A DNA stretch of 64,000 nucleotides from assembly GCA_947492585.1 (NCBI GenBank), contig CANLND010000011.1, forward strand, positions 15,719-79,718, in the 5' to 3' direction. The position numbers were made by a program, and so were the translations under genes. The notes beneath the pieces were generated by a model, which was not told where the DNA came from, made no database searches, and worked only from the letters and a program-made list of their open reading frames with translations. Each line of letters opens with the position of its first letter. Within the stretch, counting starts at the first letter, position 1. Shown piece after piece: positions 36,691 through 47,019 of the stretch. The stretch comes from an uncultured Rhodobacteraceae bacterium (GTDB lineage Bacteria; Pseudomonadota; Alphaproteobacteria; Rhodobacterales; Rhodobacteraceae).

Positions 36691-38610
36691 ATGAGCAAAG
36701 TTATCGGGATTGACCTGGGTACAACAAACTCTTGTGTCGCCATCATGGATGGCTCGCAGCCGCGCGTGATTGAAAACGCCGAAGGCGCACGCACAACCCC
36801 GTCAATCGTAGCCTTCACCGACGAAGAGCGTCTGGTGGGTCAGCCAGCAAAACGTCAGGCAGTCACCAACCCAGACAACACCATTTTTGGTGTAAAACGC
36901 CTGATCGGCCGTCGTGCAGACGACGCGCATCTGGCCAAAGACAAGAAAAACCTGCCTTTTGCAGTCGTCAACGGCGGCAACGGCGATGCATGGGTCGAAG
37001 CCAAGGGTGAGAAATACTCCCCATCGCAGATTTCGGCCTTCATCCTCGGCAAAATGAAAGAAACCGCAGAGTCCTATTTGGGTGAAGACGTCACCCAAGC
37101 AGTGATCACGGTTCCGGCCTATTTCAACGATGCTCAGCGTCAGGCAACCAAAGACGCCGGTAAAATCGCCGGTCTGGAAGTTCTGCGTATCATCAACGAA
37201 CCAACTGCGGCCGCTCTGGCCTATGGTCTGGACAAAGAGAACACCCAAACCATCGCGGTTTATGACCTTGGTGGTGGTACCTTCGACGTGACCATCCTAG
37301 AAATCGACGACGGCCTGTTCGAAGTAAAGTCCACCAACGGTGACACCTTCCTGGGTGGTGAAGACTTTGACATGCGCATCGTCAACTACTTGGCCGACCA
37401 GTTCAAAAAAGAACACGGCGTTGATCTGACCGCAGACAAGATGGCGCTGCAGCGTCTGAAAGAAGCGGCAGAAAAGGCCAAAATCGAACTGTCTTCGGCC
37501 AACCAGACTGAGATCAACCAGCCGTTCATCTCGATGGACCCTTCGACTGGTCAGCCTTTGCACATGGTCATCAAACTGACCCGCGCCAAGCTGGAAAGCC
37601 TCGTTGGTGATCTGATCAAAGCCTCGATGAAGCCCTGCGCAGCTGCGTTGAAAGATGCCGGTCTGTCCGCATCCGACATCGACGAAGTTGTTCTGGTTGG
37701 CGGCATGACCCGCATGCCCAAAGTGATCGAAGAAGTTTCCAAATTCTTCGGCAAAGAGCCCCACAAAGGCGTGAACCCTGATGAAGTCGTCGCCATGGGC
37801 GCCGCCATTCAGGCCGGTGTTCTGCAAGGCGACGTAAAAGACGTTGTTCTGCTGGACGTCACGCCACTGTCGCTGGGCATTGAAACTTTGGGCGGTGTCT
37901 TTACCCGTCTGATCGACCGCAACACCACCATCCCCACCAAAAAGTCTCAGGTCTTCTCGACCGCAGAAGACAACCAGAACGCCGTGACCATCCGCGTGTT
38001 CCAAGGTGAGCGTGAAATGGCTGCGGACAACAAGATCCTGGGTCAGTTCAACCTTGAAGACATCCCCCCCGCACCCCGCGGCATGCCTCAGATCGAAGTG
38101 ACCTTTGACATCGACGCCAACGGCATCGTGTCGGTTTCGGCCAAGGACAAAGGCACCAACAAAGAGCACCAGATCACCATCCAAGCCTCTGGTGGCCTGT
38201 CCGATTCCGACATCGAACAGATGGTCCAAGAAGCCGAAGACAACGCCGAGGCGGACAAAGAACGCCGCGAGCTGATCGAGGCGCGCAACCAGGCCGAAAG
38301 CCTTGTGCATTCGACCGAGAAATCGCTGGAAGAGCACAGCGACAAGGTTGATCCATCCACCGTGGAAGTCATCGAACTGGCGATTGCTGCGCTGAAAGAC
38401 GATCTGGAAAACGAAAAGTCCAACGCCGAGAAAATCAAGGCAGGGATCCAGAACGTGACCGAAGCTGCGATGAAGCTGGGCGAAGCGATCTACAAAGCGT
38501 CTGCAGAAGAAGCTGGCGACGAGCCAGAAGCTGCCGATGCTGCCGCCGGTCCCGCGGATGACGACATCGTCGACGCGGAATTCGAAGATCTGGATGGCGA
38601 CAAGCGCTAA
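36691..38610 (+). CDS. dnaK: Chaperone DnaK
   Basis: [34 protein letters not shown]. Start at ATG 36691. Confidence 0.99.
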   Translation: MSKVIGIDLGTTNSCVAIMDGSQPRVIENAEGARTTPSIVAFTDEERLVGQPAKRQAVTNPDNTIFGVKRLIGRRADDAHLAKDKKNLPFAVVNGGNGDAWVEAKGEKYSPSQISAFILGKMKETAESYLGEDVTQAVITVPAYFNDAQRQATKDAGKIAGLEVLRIINEPTAAALAYGLDKENTQTIAVYDLGGGTFDVTILEIDDGLFEVKSTNGDTFLGGEDFDMRIVNYLADQFKKEHGVDLTADKMALQRLKEAAEKAKIELSSANQTEINQPFISMDPSTGQPLHMVIKLTRAKLESLVGDLIKASMKPCAAALKDAGLSASDIDEVVLVGGMTRMPKVIEEVSKFFGKEPHKGVNPDEVVAMGAAIQAGVLQGDVKDVVLLDVTPLSLGIETLGGVFTRLIDRNTTIPTKKSQVFSTAEDNQNAVTIRVFQGEREMAADNKILGQFNLEDIPPAPRGMPQIEVTFDIDANGIVSVSAKDKGTNKEHQITIQASGGLSDSDIEQMVQEAEDNAEADKERRELIEARNQAESLVHSTEKSLEEHSDKVDPSTVEVIELAIAALKDDLENEKSNAEKIKAGIQNVTEAAMKLGEAIYKASAEEAGDEPEAADAAAGPADDDIVDAEFEDLDGDKR

Positions 38611-38630
38611 CGTTTGCGCCTAGGCCAAAA

Positions 38631-38664
38631 CAGGCCGGTCCGGCACACGGACCGGCCTGCTTTC
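38631..38664 (+). terminator. Strong hairpin between dnaK and dnaJ
   Basis: 12-bp perfect stem CAGGCCGGTCCG / CGGACCGGCCTG with only a short CTTT tail. Confidence 0.65.
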
Positions 38665-38687
38665 GTTGAGGCAGAAGGAACTAACTG

Positions 38688-39845
38688 ATGTCAAAACGTG
38701 ACTATTACGACGTATTGGGCGTGGCCAAAGGGGCCTCAGCTGACGAAATCAAAAAAGGCTATCGCAAGAAAGCCAAAGAACTGCATCCCGACCGGAACAG
38801 CGACAATCCGGACGCCGAAGCCATGTTCAAAGACGCCAACGAAGCCTATGAGGTTCTGAAGGACGCCGAGAAAAAGGCCGCCTATGACCGATATGGTCAT
38901 GCCGCGTTCGAAAACGGCATGGGCGGCGGCGGTGGTGGCCAACGCGGCGGTCATCCCGGTGGCGATTTCTCCTCTGCCTTCTCGGATGTCTTTGACGATC
39001 TGTTTGGCGACTTTATGGGGGGGCAACGCGGCGGCGGTGGCGGGCGGCAACGTGCGTCACGCGGTGCGGATCTACGCTATAACCTGCGCGTCACCCTCGA
39101 AGACGCCTTTGCCGGCATGCACAAAACCATCAAAGTCCCCACTGCGGTGCCTTGTGGTTCGTGTGACGGCACCGGATCAGAAGGCGGCGTAGAACCTGCG
39201 ACCTGCCCCACATGTTCCGGCATGGGCAAGGTGCGCGCGCAGCAGGGCTTTTTCACCGTGGAACGCGGCTGCCCCACCTGTTCGGGCCTGGGCCAGATCA
39301 TCAAAAATCCATGTAAATCCTGCCACGGCCATGGGCGCGTTGAAAAAGACCGCTCTTTGTCTGTGAACATTCCGGCAGGTGTGGAAACCGGCACACGCAT
39401 TCGCCTGGCAGGCGAAGGCGAAGCCGGTCTGCGCGGTGGTCCTCCGGGTGATCTCTACATCTTTGTTGAGGTTTCGTCGCACGACCTGTTCGAGCGCGAT
39501 GCCAACAATCTATATTGCCGCGTGCCCGTCTCAATGGCCAAAGCGGCCTTGGGTGGTGCAATCGAAGTGCCGACCATTGATGGCGGTCGCGGTCGTGTTC
39601 AAATCCCCGAAGGCAGCCAATCAGGCCGCCAAATGCGTCTGCGTGGCAAAGGTATGCCTACCCTACGCGGTGGCGGTGTAGGGGACATGTTCATCGAGCT
39701 TGCGGTGGAAACACCAGTCAATCTGACAGCGCGTCAGAAAGAAATCATGCGAGAATTCGAAGATCTGTCAGTGGAAAACACCAACCCCGAAAGCGGCAGT
39801 TTCTTTTCCTCGGTGAAAAGTTTCTGGGACGGCATGAAGGGCTGA
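38688..39845 (+). CDS. dnaJ: Chaperone DnaJ
   Basis: J-domain with HPD, G/F-rich region, four CxxCxGxG repeats. Confidence 0.99.
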   Translation: MSKRDYYDVLGVAKGASADEIKKGYRKKAKELHPDRNSDNPDAEAMFKDANEAYEVLKDAEKKAAYDRYGHAAFENGMGGGGGGQRGGHPGGDFSSAFSDVFDDLFGDFMGGQRGGGGGRQRASRGADLRYNLRVTLEDAFAGMHKTIKVPTAVPCGSCDGTGSEGGVEPATCPTCSGMGKVRAQQGFFTVERGCPTCSGLGQIIKNPCKSCHGHGRVEKDRSLSVNIPAGVETGTRIRLAGEGEAGLRGGPPGDLYIFVEVSSHDLFERDANNLYCRVPVSMAKAALGGAIEVPTIDGGRGRVQIPEGSQSGRQMRLRGKGMPTLRGGGVGDMFIELAVETPVNLTARQKEIMREFEDLSVENTNPESGSFFSSVKSFWDGMKG

Positions 39846-39852
39846 ACCATCG

Positions 39853-39881
39853 AACGCTCCCTTCGGGGGGCGTTTTTTTTT
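39853..39881 (+). terminator. Intrinsic terminator after dnaJ
   Basis: AACGCTCCC-TTCG-GGGGGCGTT plus a T run. Confidence 0.9.
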
Positions 39882-39929
39882 GCGGCCTGCATTAGGGTTT
39901 CGTTTACCAGACTCACCTCACTATGACGT

Positions 39930-40688
39930 ATGGAACAGGATCGCTCATTTCAGGAAATGCCCCTGCCCTTGTTTTCGGATGAGGCCGACGCCGCCCTCCC
40001 CGTCGGAAAGCGCCAGCCCTCCTACATCAAAGATCATCGCGCCCGGTTGCGTGAACGGTTTATGTCGGGCGGTGCCGCGGCCTTGCCGGATTACGAACTG
40101 CTAGAACTGATCCTGTTTCGATCAATTCCGCGCAAAGATGTGAAACCTTTGGCGCGGCGACTGCTGGACACCTTTGGTGATTTCAACCGGGTGATCACCG
40201 CGCCACAGGACCGGCTTGCAGCGGTGGCTGAGGTTGGTCCCGCCGTCATCACCGATTTCAAAATTTTTGAGGCCGCGGCCCAGCGGCTGGCCCGCGCACG
40301 CGTTATCCAGCGACAGGTGATTTCCAGCTGGGATGCACTACTGGACTATTGCCACACAACCATGGCGCATCTGGAAATTGAACAGTTTCGAATCCTGTTT
40401 TTGGATCGTAAAAACGTGCTGATTGCGGACGAAGAGCAGGCCCGTGGCACCGTTGATCACGTCCCGGTTTATCCCCGCGAGGTGGCAAAACGGGCTCTCG
40501 AACTGAATGCCAGCGCAATATTGCTGGTGCACAACCATCCCTCGGGTGATCCCACACCCTCACAAAGCGATATTGATATGACCGGAAAAATCGTTGCCGC
40601 GCTGGCCCCATTGGGGATCACCGTCCACGATCATCTCATTATCGGAACATCACAAGAGCTAAGCTTTCGTTCCGAAGGGTATTTGTGA
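39930..40688 (+). CDS. radC: RadC/JAB-domain protein
   Basis: HRARLRERF, DYELLEL, GTVDHVPVYPREV, HNHPSGDPTPSQSD, VHDHLII. Confidence 0.93.
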   Translation: MEQDRSFQEMPLPLFSDEADAALPVGKRQPSYIKDHRARLRERFMSGGAAALPDYELLELILFRSIPRKDVKPLARRLLDTFGDFNRVITAPQDRLAAVAEVGPAVITDFKIFEAAAQRLARARVIQRQVISSWDALLDYCHTTMAHLEIEQFRILFLDRKNVLIADEEQARGTVDHVPVYPREVAKRALELNASAILLVHNHPSGDPTPSQSDIDMTGKIVAALAPLGITVHDHLIIGTSQELSFRSEGYL

Positions 40689-40713
40689 AGTTAAAAACAG
40701 CGGACCCGACGCA

Positions 40714-42264
40714 TCAGCGCACCCAGATCTCAACCCGGCGGTTTACTTGTCGTCCCCATGCGCTGTCGTCACAGGCCATTGGCATGGCTTCCCCAAAAGC
40801 CTGTGCCGAGACATTCACGCGTTCAAGGTTGGCCGTTTCAGCGGAGGCCAGAACGGCGTCCCGCACTGCTGACGCGCGTTTGAGCGCGATATCTTGATTG
40901 CCCGCGGCCGGGCCTTGTCCGTCGGAAAAGCCAACAAACATTAATTCGCGCGCGTCATAGGCCCCGGCTTCCAAAGCGCGGGCCAGCTGTTCGATGTTAC
41001 TGCGCGACTGCGCATCGGGCCGCGAGGATCCAGCCTCAAACCGGAACGAAGTCGTCAGGCGCTGACGCCCTTGAAGGGTTTTGATCATCCGGTTCAGCTC
41101 GTCCAGGCCGACTTCATCACCACCGGACAGAATCGCATTGGCCAGACGGTTTCCCTGCGCGTTCATCGATATGGTTTCTGGCGCCTGATCCACAAAGCCC
41201 GCACGTCGGATTACGATCTGGGCCCCCGGCCCCCGGCTGTAAGACAGAAAATCGCGAGCGACTTTGGGCAAACGGCGTGCGGGGAGATATAGGAACAATG
41301 GCGACGTCAATGGATAGTCTTCGGTTTTTATGGTGCGCCGGTTTGCTTGCAAGGCATGACCGCAAGGTCCAGTCAGCGTCAGCATACGCGCAGGTCGGGC
41401 TTCGGCAAAACTGGCGACCCCCAAAGCAAACGGATCGGTGGCGACGCGGCGCACCAACGTGCTGATGCGGTCATGGCGCCGGCTTCCCCCAGCCAGTTTG
41501 GCTCGCCCCAACAACTGATCCTGAATGGCCTGCATCAGGCCCGATGTCGCCGCCGGGAGATTTAATGAAATCGGCGCATCTGGCCCGCCCAAGTCGCGCC
41601 AATTAGTTATTGCCCCTGTCAGCACATCCACCAACTGAGGCACAGTGATATCACGCACTGGATTTTCTGGGGCCACCACCGGCACCAACGCATCCAGCGC
41701 CAGCACCCGGCTGCGTGCGGGGCCGGTCATGTCTCCCATGCCCGCGGCACGGGCTTTTGCACGCTCATCCTCGCGAATTTCCCGCAAGGCCATCACAATA
41801 TCGGCCTTATTCTCTAGGAGGTCGGCAAAGCCTTCGTCGGTGTTGCTGACGAAAAAGGAAAAACGTGCCGCCGTACGCCCACCCGGCTCGCGCAGGAGGT
41901 ATTCAAAATTTGCTCCGCCCAAGGAATCTCTGTGGGTTTGGTATCCGTTGCGCAGCGCAAAGCCTTCTATCAGTGCAGGCAACAGCACATCAGCCATCGT
42001 CGCCGAACCAGACAACGCAATTTCCGCGACAAAACCTGACAGGCTGGGGCAACCCGGCCCGTCACAACGCACACCGGAACCATCAACGGTGAGTTCACCA
42101 AATTTGGTTTCAACTCTGTAAAACTCACCGTCAAAGCTGAGCAGCGTGCCATTTATTTCAACGGATCCATCTGGCGAAGACAGTGTAACGTCCTGCCCCA
42201 GAGCCGAAAAAGCCGTGGTCAAAAGAAGAAGTGCGGCTGAAACCGCCGCACGGAATAGTGCCAT
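40714..42264 (-). CDS. PstS-like periplasmic binding domain fused to a C-terminal OmpA-like peptidoglycan-binding domain
   Basis: Signal peptide; SGSATM..LALDALVPVVAPENP..EDYPLTSPLFLY (PBP); FRFEAGS..GFSD..N..IALKRA..FGEAMP..NRRVEIW (OmpA_C). Confidence 0.85.
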   Translation of the reverse strand: MALFRAAVSAALLLLTTAFSALGQDVTLSSPDGSVEINGTLLSFDGEFYRVETKFGELTVDGSGVRCDGPGCPSLSGFVAEIALSGSATMADVLLPALIEGFALRNGYQTHRDSLGGANFEYLLREPGGRTAARFSFFVSNTDEGFADLLENKADIVMALREIREDERAKARAAGMGDMTGPARSRVLALDALVPVVAPENPVRDITVPQLVDVLTGAITNWRDLGGPDAPISLNLPAATSGLMQAIQDQLLGRAKLAGGSRRHDRISTLVRRVATDPFALGVASFAEARPARMLTLTGPCGHALQANRRTIKTEDYPLTSPLFLYLPARRLPKVARDFLSYSRGPGAQIVIRRAGFVDQAPETISMNAQGNRLANAILSGGDEVGLDELNRMIKTLQGRQRLTTSFRFEAGSSRPDAQSRSNIEQLARALEAGAYDARELMFVGFSDGQGPAAGNQDIALKRASAVRDAVLASAETANLERVNVSAQAFGEAMPMACDDSAWGRQVNRRVEIWVR

Positions 42265-42287
42265 GAGAAACCCTGAAGTATCGTCGC

Positions 42288-43184
42288 CTAGTTGCGCGCG
42301 ATCTTCAGGTTTTCGACGAGATTATTCAACACCAGAAAGTCACCCGTGGAGCCACAATCTGGCATATTCAGCACCAGTTCGCGGGTGCGCATCTCTCCAT
42401 CACGGATTTCGATGGATTGAGCCACGACATCACGATCGCAATTCAATGCTGTCACCTCGGTTTCGACGGTCAAATCGACCTGCCCTGCCGCCTGCCCTTT
42501 GGGGAAACTGTAGATTTCCGCCTGACGTGCAGCCAGCAATCCGGCATCCCCCAACTGGTGAATCATCCCAGTTCCAGCGGATGGTGCCCCCTGCCACACA
42601 TGCCCCTGGTCGCCATATGCGGCACCAAATTCGCGCGCATGCAATTCGAAACCGGCCGTTCCTTGCCATTGAACCGCTATCCGTTCGACCGTATCAAAAT
42701 CAGGAACGTGCACCGACGCCACTGCACCAGCCCCCTGGGCCGGATCTACGATAAACACAGCCGTTTCGGACAAAGCGGGCACCACGACAGTAAGGGAGCC
42801 ATTTGCATCAAGCATGTCTGAGAACATCAACCCAGCATGGTGCACGGTCACGCGGCTGTCGGCTTGGCACGGCGCGTCTATTGTCACATCGACAAGCGCC
42901 ATCGGTTTGGCAGTTGTCGACACACTGACATCACAATTTGCCACCAGAGCGGGCTGAAAGGTCTCATTTTCAAAGGTCGGAGAGTGACGCGCTGACGTCA
43001 AAGTGATCTGCTCCAAGAGCAGCTCATCATCGGGTTCAAGAGACAGGTCAAGGTCTGCGAGATCTAGCGCTGTGTCTGATAGGGGAGAGGTCTCAGGTGC
43101 AGTCGTGGGCTGCATGAGAAATCCAATTCCCAGAGCGGAACACAGGGTCGCCGCCGCCATAACAACAATACGATTCGTCAACAT
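42288..43184 (-). CDS. Conserved-looking hypothetical protein: N-terminal membrane anchor, acidic linker, Cys-paired beta-rich domains
   Basis: ATG 43184 with RBS AAGGAG; hydrophobic aa 6-23; typical codon usage; ends 23 bp before the PBP-OmpA gene. Confidence 0.8.
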   Translation of the reverse strand: MLTNRIVVMAAATLCSALGIGFLMQPTTAPETSPLSDTALDLADLDLSLEPDDELLLEQITLTSARHSPTFENETFQPALVANCDVSVSTTAKPMALVDVTIDAPCQADSRVTVHHAGLMFSDMLDANGSLTVVVPALSETAVFIVDPAQGAGAVASVHVPDFDTVERIAVQWQGTAGFELHAREFGAAYGDQGHVWQGAPSAGTGMIHQLGDAGLLAARQAEIYSFPKGQAAGQVDLTVETEVTALNCDRDVVAQSIEIRDGEMRTRELVLNMPDCGSTGDFLVLNNLVENLKIARN

Positions 43185-43225
43185 TACTCTCTCCTTACCC
43201 GAATGGGTTAAGGAAATGTGCATGG

Positions 43226-43254
43226 AAAAGGTGACCAACTCGTGGCCACCTTTT
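43226..43254 (-). terminator. Probable secA terminator
   Basis: On the minus strand GGTGGCCA-CGAGT-TGGTCACC followed by TTTT. Confidence 0.6.
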
Positions 43255-43287
43255 GGATAAAATCAGGCAAATTTTAGATAAACGCGA

Positions 43288-45984
43288 TCAGGCCAAGCGG
43301 CCGTGACAATGTTTGAACTTTTCGCCAGACCCACAGGGGCATTTATCATTGCGCGATGGGTTGCCCCAGGTTGAAGGGTCGTTTTCGTCGAACCCTTCAA
43401 TCGCATCCTCGGTCGGAGCCGGGGGAGCAACGGGCGTAGCCTGTGGTTGCAATGCCGCCTGACGGGCTGCCATTTCCATCAGCATCTGGCGCTGTTCCTC
43501 TTCGGAAATCGGGCGCACGTGGCTTAGCTGTTTGGTCACGGTTTCGCGTAAAGAGTCGAGCATGGTTTCAAACAGCTGGAAGCTTTCGTTTTTATACTCG
43601 TTCAGCGGATCACGCTGCGCATACCCCCGGAACCCCACAACCGAACGCAGGTGTTCTAGTGTCAGCAGGTGCTCGCGCCATTTGGCATCGATGGTCTGCA
43701 ACAACACCTGTTTCTCGATGTTGCGCATGCCCTCTTCGCCAAAGGCTTCGACCTTTTCCGCCATTTTGGCATCGGTGGCCTCAACCAGACGTTCGCGGAT
43801 TTGCTCGTCGTCCACGCCCTCTTCTGCGGCCCAGTATTTGACAGGAGCGTCCAGCGCCAGCTGATCAAGCACCGCAGCCTGCAGGCCATCGGTGTCCCAT
43901 TGATCCGCATAGGTTTTGGGCGGCATGTAGGTGTCCAGCAGATCGTCGATAACTTCGTGGCGCATGTCGCCTACGATTTCAGACAGGTCTTTGGCGGCCA
44001 TGATGTCACGGCGCTGGCTGAACACAACTTTACGCTGGTCATTCATCACATCGTCGAACTTCAACACGTTCTTACGCATATCAAAGTTACGACCTTCGAC
44101 TTTGGCCTGCGCGCGTTCCAGCGATTTGTTCACCCAAGGGTGAACGATCGCTTCGCCTTCTTTCATACCAAGGGTCGACAGCATCTTTTCCAGACGCTCA
44201 GACCCAAAGATCCGCATCAGGTCATCTTCGAGGGACAGATAGAAACGGGTCAGGCCTGGATCCCCCTGACGGCCAGAACGACCGCGCAGCTGGTTGTCAA
44301 TCCGACGGCTTTCGTGACGTTCAGACGCCAGAACACACAAGCCGCCCGCCTCAAGCACCTTTTGCTTATTGGCGGCGTGCTTCGTCTCTTCTTCGCGACG
44401 CAGGGCAATAGGATCTGCGTCTGGATTGGCCTCTAAGGCCGCCATGACGATCATCTCAACGTTGCCGCCCAGCTGAATATCGGTGCCGCGGCCGGCCATG
44501 TTGGTGGCAATAGTCACCGCGCCCAAACGACCTGCGTCGGCCACAATCTGGGCTTCCTGCTCGTGCTGACGTGCGTTCAACACGTTGTGCGGGATATCTT
44601 CTTTTTGAAGCATCTGGCTCAGGAGCTCAGACTTTTCAATCGAGGTGGTGCCCAGCAGAACCGGCTGGCCTTTTTCGTGGGCTTTTTTTGCCTCGTCGAT
44701 CATGGCCTGATATTTTTCCATCGCGGTGCGATAGACTTGGTCGTCTTCGTCTTTACGTGCGATGGGTTTGTTCGTGGGAATCTCCACAACACCCAGACCG
44801 TAGATTTCGGAAAACTCTTCGGCTTCGGTCATCGCGGTGCCGGTCATGCCGGACAAACGATCATACAGACGGAAGTAGTTCTGGAAGGTCACCGAGGCCA
44901 GAGTGGTGTTTTCTGGCTGAATCGCAACGCCTTCTTTGGCTTCCAGTGCCTGATGCAGACCTTCCGACAGGCGACGACCGGCCATCATACGGCCGGTGAA
45001 TTCATCGATCAGAACCACTTCGCCATCGCGCACGATGTAATCTTTGTCGCGCTGGAACAGTTTATGCGCCCGCAGGGCCTGGTTGACGTGGTGCACAAGG
45101 CTTGTGCTTTCGGGATCGTACAGCGACGCGTCCGTGTCCAGCAGCATGGAGCCCATGAGGATTTTCTCAAGCTCATCATTGCCCTCTTCGGTGAAGGTGA
45201 CACCGCGGGTTTTTTCATCGATCTCGTAATGGTCGTCCTGAAGTTTCGGGATCACAGTATCAATGGTGGTGTACATCTCTGAGCGATCTTCGGCAGGGCC
45301 AGAGATGATCAGCGGCGTGCGGGCTTCGTCGATCAAGATCGAGTCGACCTCATCCACGATCGCAAAATTGTGATGCTGCTGGAACACCTGATCAAGGCTC
45401 GGCTTCATGTTATCGCGTAGATAATCAAAGCCCAGCTCATTGTTTGTGGCGTAGGTTACGTCACAGTCATAGGCGGCTTTTTTCTCAGGGTCGGGCTGTC
45501 CGGACCAAATGACACCGGTGGTCATGCCAAGCGCCGCAAAAACCTTGGACATCCATTCACTGTCACGTTTGGCGAGATATTCGTTCACCGTAACGACGTG
45601 CACACCCTTGCCGGTCAGCGCGTTCAAATAGGCCGGGAAACAGGCCACGAGGGTCTTACCCTCGCCGGTTTTCATTTCCGAAATATTGCCACGGTGCAGG
45701 AAAATACCGCCCAATAGCTGTGTATCAAAAGCGCGCAGGCCCAGGGCACGACGTGCACCTTCGCGCACGTTTGCAAAGGCTTCCGGCAACAGCGCGTCGA
45801 GGCTTTCGCCATCCTTGGCACGTTTGCGCAGCTCTTCGGTCTTGGCGATAAGCGCGTCATCACTAAGCTTTTCGAACTCCGGCTCAAGCGCATTAATTTG
45901 CGCAACCACCGGCCGCGTCGCCTTTACTTTTCGGTCATTTGGGGTGCCGAAAATCTTTTTGGCGAGTGTTCCTAAACCTAGCAT
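43288..45984 (-). CDS. secA: Preprotein translocase ATPase SecA
   Basis: [53 protein letters not shown]-terminal [14 protein letters not shown]. Start moved to ATG 45984. Confidence 0.99.
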   Translation of the reverse strand: MLGLGTLAKKIFGTPNDRKVKATRPVVAQINALEPEFEKLSDDALIAKTEELRKRAKDGESLDALLPEAFANVREGARRALGLRAFDTQLLGGIFLHRGNISEMKTGEGKTLVACFPAYLNALTGKGVHVVTVNEYLAKRDSEWMSKVFAALGMTTGVIWSGQPDPEKKAAYDCDVTYATNNELGFDYLRDNMKPSLDQVFQQHHNFAIVDEVDSILIDEARTPLIISGPAEDRSEMYTTIDTVIPKLQDDHYEIDEKTRGVTFTEEGNDELEKILMGSMLLDTDASLYDPESTSLVHHVNQALRAHKLFQRDKDYIVRDGEVVLIDEFTGRMMAGRRLSEGLHQALEAKEGVAIQPENTTLASVTFQNYFRLYDRLSGMTGTAMTEAEEFSEIYGLGVVEIPTNKPIARKDEDDQVYRTAMEKYQAMIDEAKKAHEKGQPVLLGTTSIEKSELLSQMLQKEDIPHNVLNARQHEQEAQIVADAGRLGAVTIATNMAGRGTDIQLGGNVEMIVMAALEANPDADPIALRREEETKHAANKQKVLEAGGLCVLASERHESRRIDNQLRGRSGRQGDPGLTRFYLSLEDDLMRIFGSERLEKMLSTLGMKEGEAIVHPWVNKSLERAQAKVEGRNFDMRKNVLKFDDVMNDQRKVVFSQRRDIMAAKDLSEIVGDMRHEVIDDLLDTYMPPKTYADQWDTDGLQAAVLDQLALDAPVKYWAAEEGVDDEQIRERLVEATDAKMAEKVEAFGEEGMRNIEKQVLLQTIDAKWREHLLTLEHLRSVVGFRGYAQRDPLNEYKNESFQLFETMLDSLRETVTKQLSHVRPISEEEQRQMLMEMAARQAALQPQATPVAPPAPTEDAIEGFDENDPSTWGNPSRNDKCPCGSGEKFKHCHGRLA

Positions 45985-46153
45985 GTCTTCTCCAACGTTA
46001 CTGTCATTGGCCGTATTGAAGGGCAGGCTTGCCCGCCCTGCCCGCAACCCATAAACAATGGAGGAAAAGACGGTCCCGCAATAGGCCCCTAGGCGATGTA
46101 AGCGGCAGATATTTCAGTGTCAACGCCACGCCCCGTGGTCACAATAGAATAGG

Positions 46154-47014
46154 ATGAATTCAATGCGTAAAGGTCTCACTTTTCTGCCAGCACTGGCGCT
46201 GGCCGCCTGGATGGCCCTGCCTGCCCCGGTGACGGCAGCACCGCATGCCAACACTGTCGTGGCCACCGTGAACGGCGAAGACATCACATTGGGTCACATG
46301 ATCTTGGCCCGGGAAAGCCTGCCGGCCCAATACAAACAATTGCCTGCTGACGTACTCTACAAAGCAATCTTGGATCAGCTGATTCAGCAGACCGCGCTAA
46401 AGCAAGAGCTGCATGGCGAAGTGCCGCACGACATTCAACTGAGGCTGGACAATGAAACGCGGTCTCTGTTGGCCAATCAGGTGATCGAAACCGTCATGAC
46501 CAATGCCGTCAACGAAGACAGCATTCGCAAGGCCTATGACGCGGCTTATTCAACGGGCGACGGCGGCGATGAATTCCACGCGGCACATATTCTGGTTGAA
46601 ACCGTCGAGGAAGCCGAAGAGGTCATCGCGGATCTGAAAAAGGGCGCCGATTTTGGAAATTTGGCCAAATCACGCTCCACAGGTCCATCCGGCCCCTCGG
46701 GCGGAGATCTGGGCTGGTTTGGTCTAGGTCGCATGGTACCCGAATTTGAAACCGCAGTTCTGGCCATGGAGGCCGGGGAATTTTCTGCTCCGGTACAAAC
46801 CCAATTTGGCTGGCACGTTATCTTGCTGCACGAACGCCGCAAGACAGCCGCGCCTGATATTGAAGAGGTGCGCGGGCAGCTTGAACAGCAGGTACAACAG
46901 GCCGCGATCGAGGCACATGTGGACCAATTGACCGGCCGTGCTGAAATCACCCGCCCGACGATTGAAGGGTTCGATCCCGCAATCCTGCAAGACCTGAGCT
47001 TGGTTAGAAAGTAA
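46154..47014 (+). CDS. Periplasmic parvulin-type peptidylprolyl isomerase (PrsA/SurA-like)
   Basis: Signal peptide, VATVNG, AAHILV, STGPS..GGDLGWF, MVPEF, PVQTQFGWHVI. Confidence 0.92.
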   Translation: MNSMRKGLTFLPALALAAWMALPAPVTAAPHANTVVATVNGEDITLGHMILARESLPAQYKQLPADVLYKAILDQLIQQTALKQELHGEVPHDIQLRLDNETRSLLANQVIETVMTNAVNEDSIRKAYDAAYSTGDGGDEFHAAHILVETVEEAEEVIADLKKGADFGNLAKSRSTGPSGPSGGDLGWFGLGRMVPEFETAVLAMEAGEFSAPVQTQFGWHVILLHERRKTAAPDIEEVRGQLEQQVQQAAIEAHVDQLTGRAEITRPTIEGFDPAILQDLSLVRK

Positions 47015-47019
47015 AATAG

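Noticed and set aside
38900-39060. GGC-rich repeats in dnaJ, and GAA/GCG-rich repeats in infB near 51100-51300
   Set aside because: They are ordinary low-complexity coding segments (G/F region and charged helix).
39930-40688. radC as a marker of a mobile or anti-restriction element
   Set aside because: It is the long chromosomal form in a housekeeping dnaJ context with no mobility genes.
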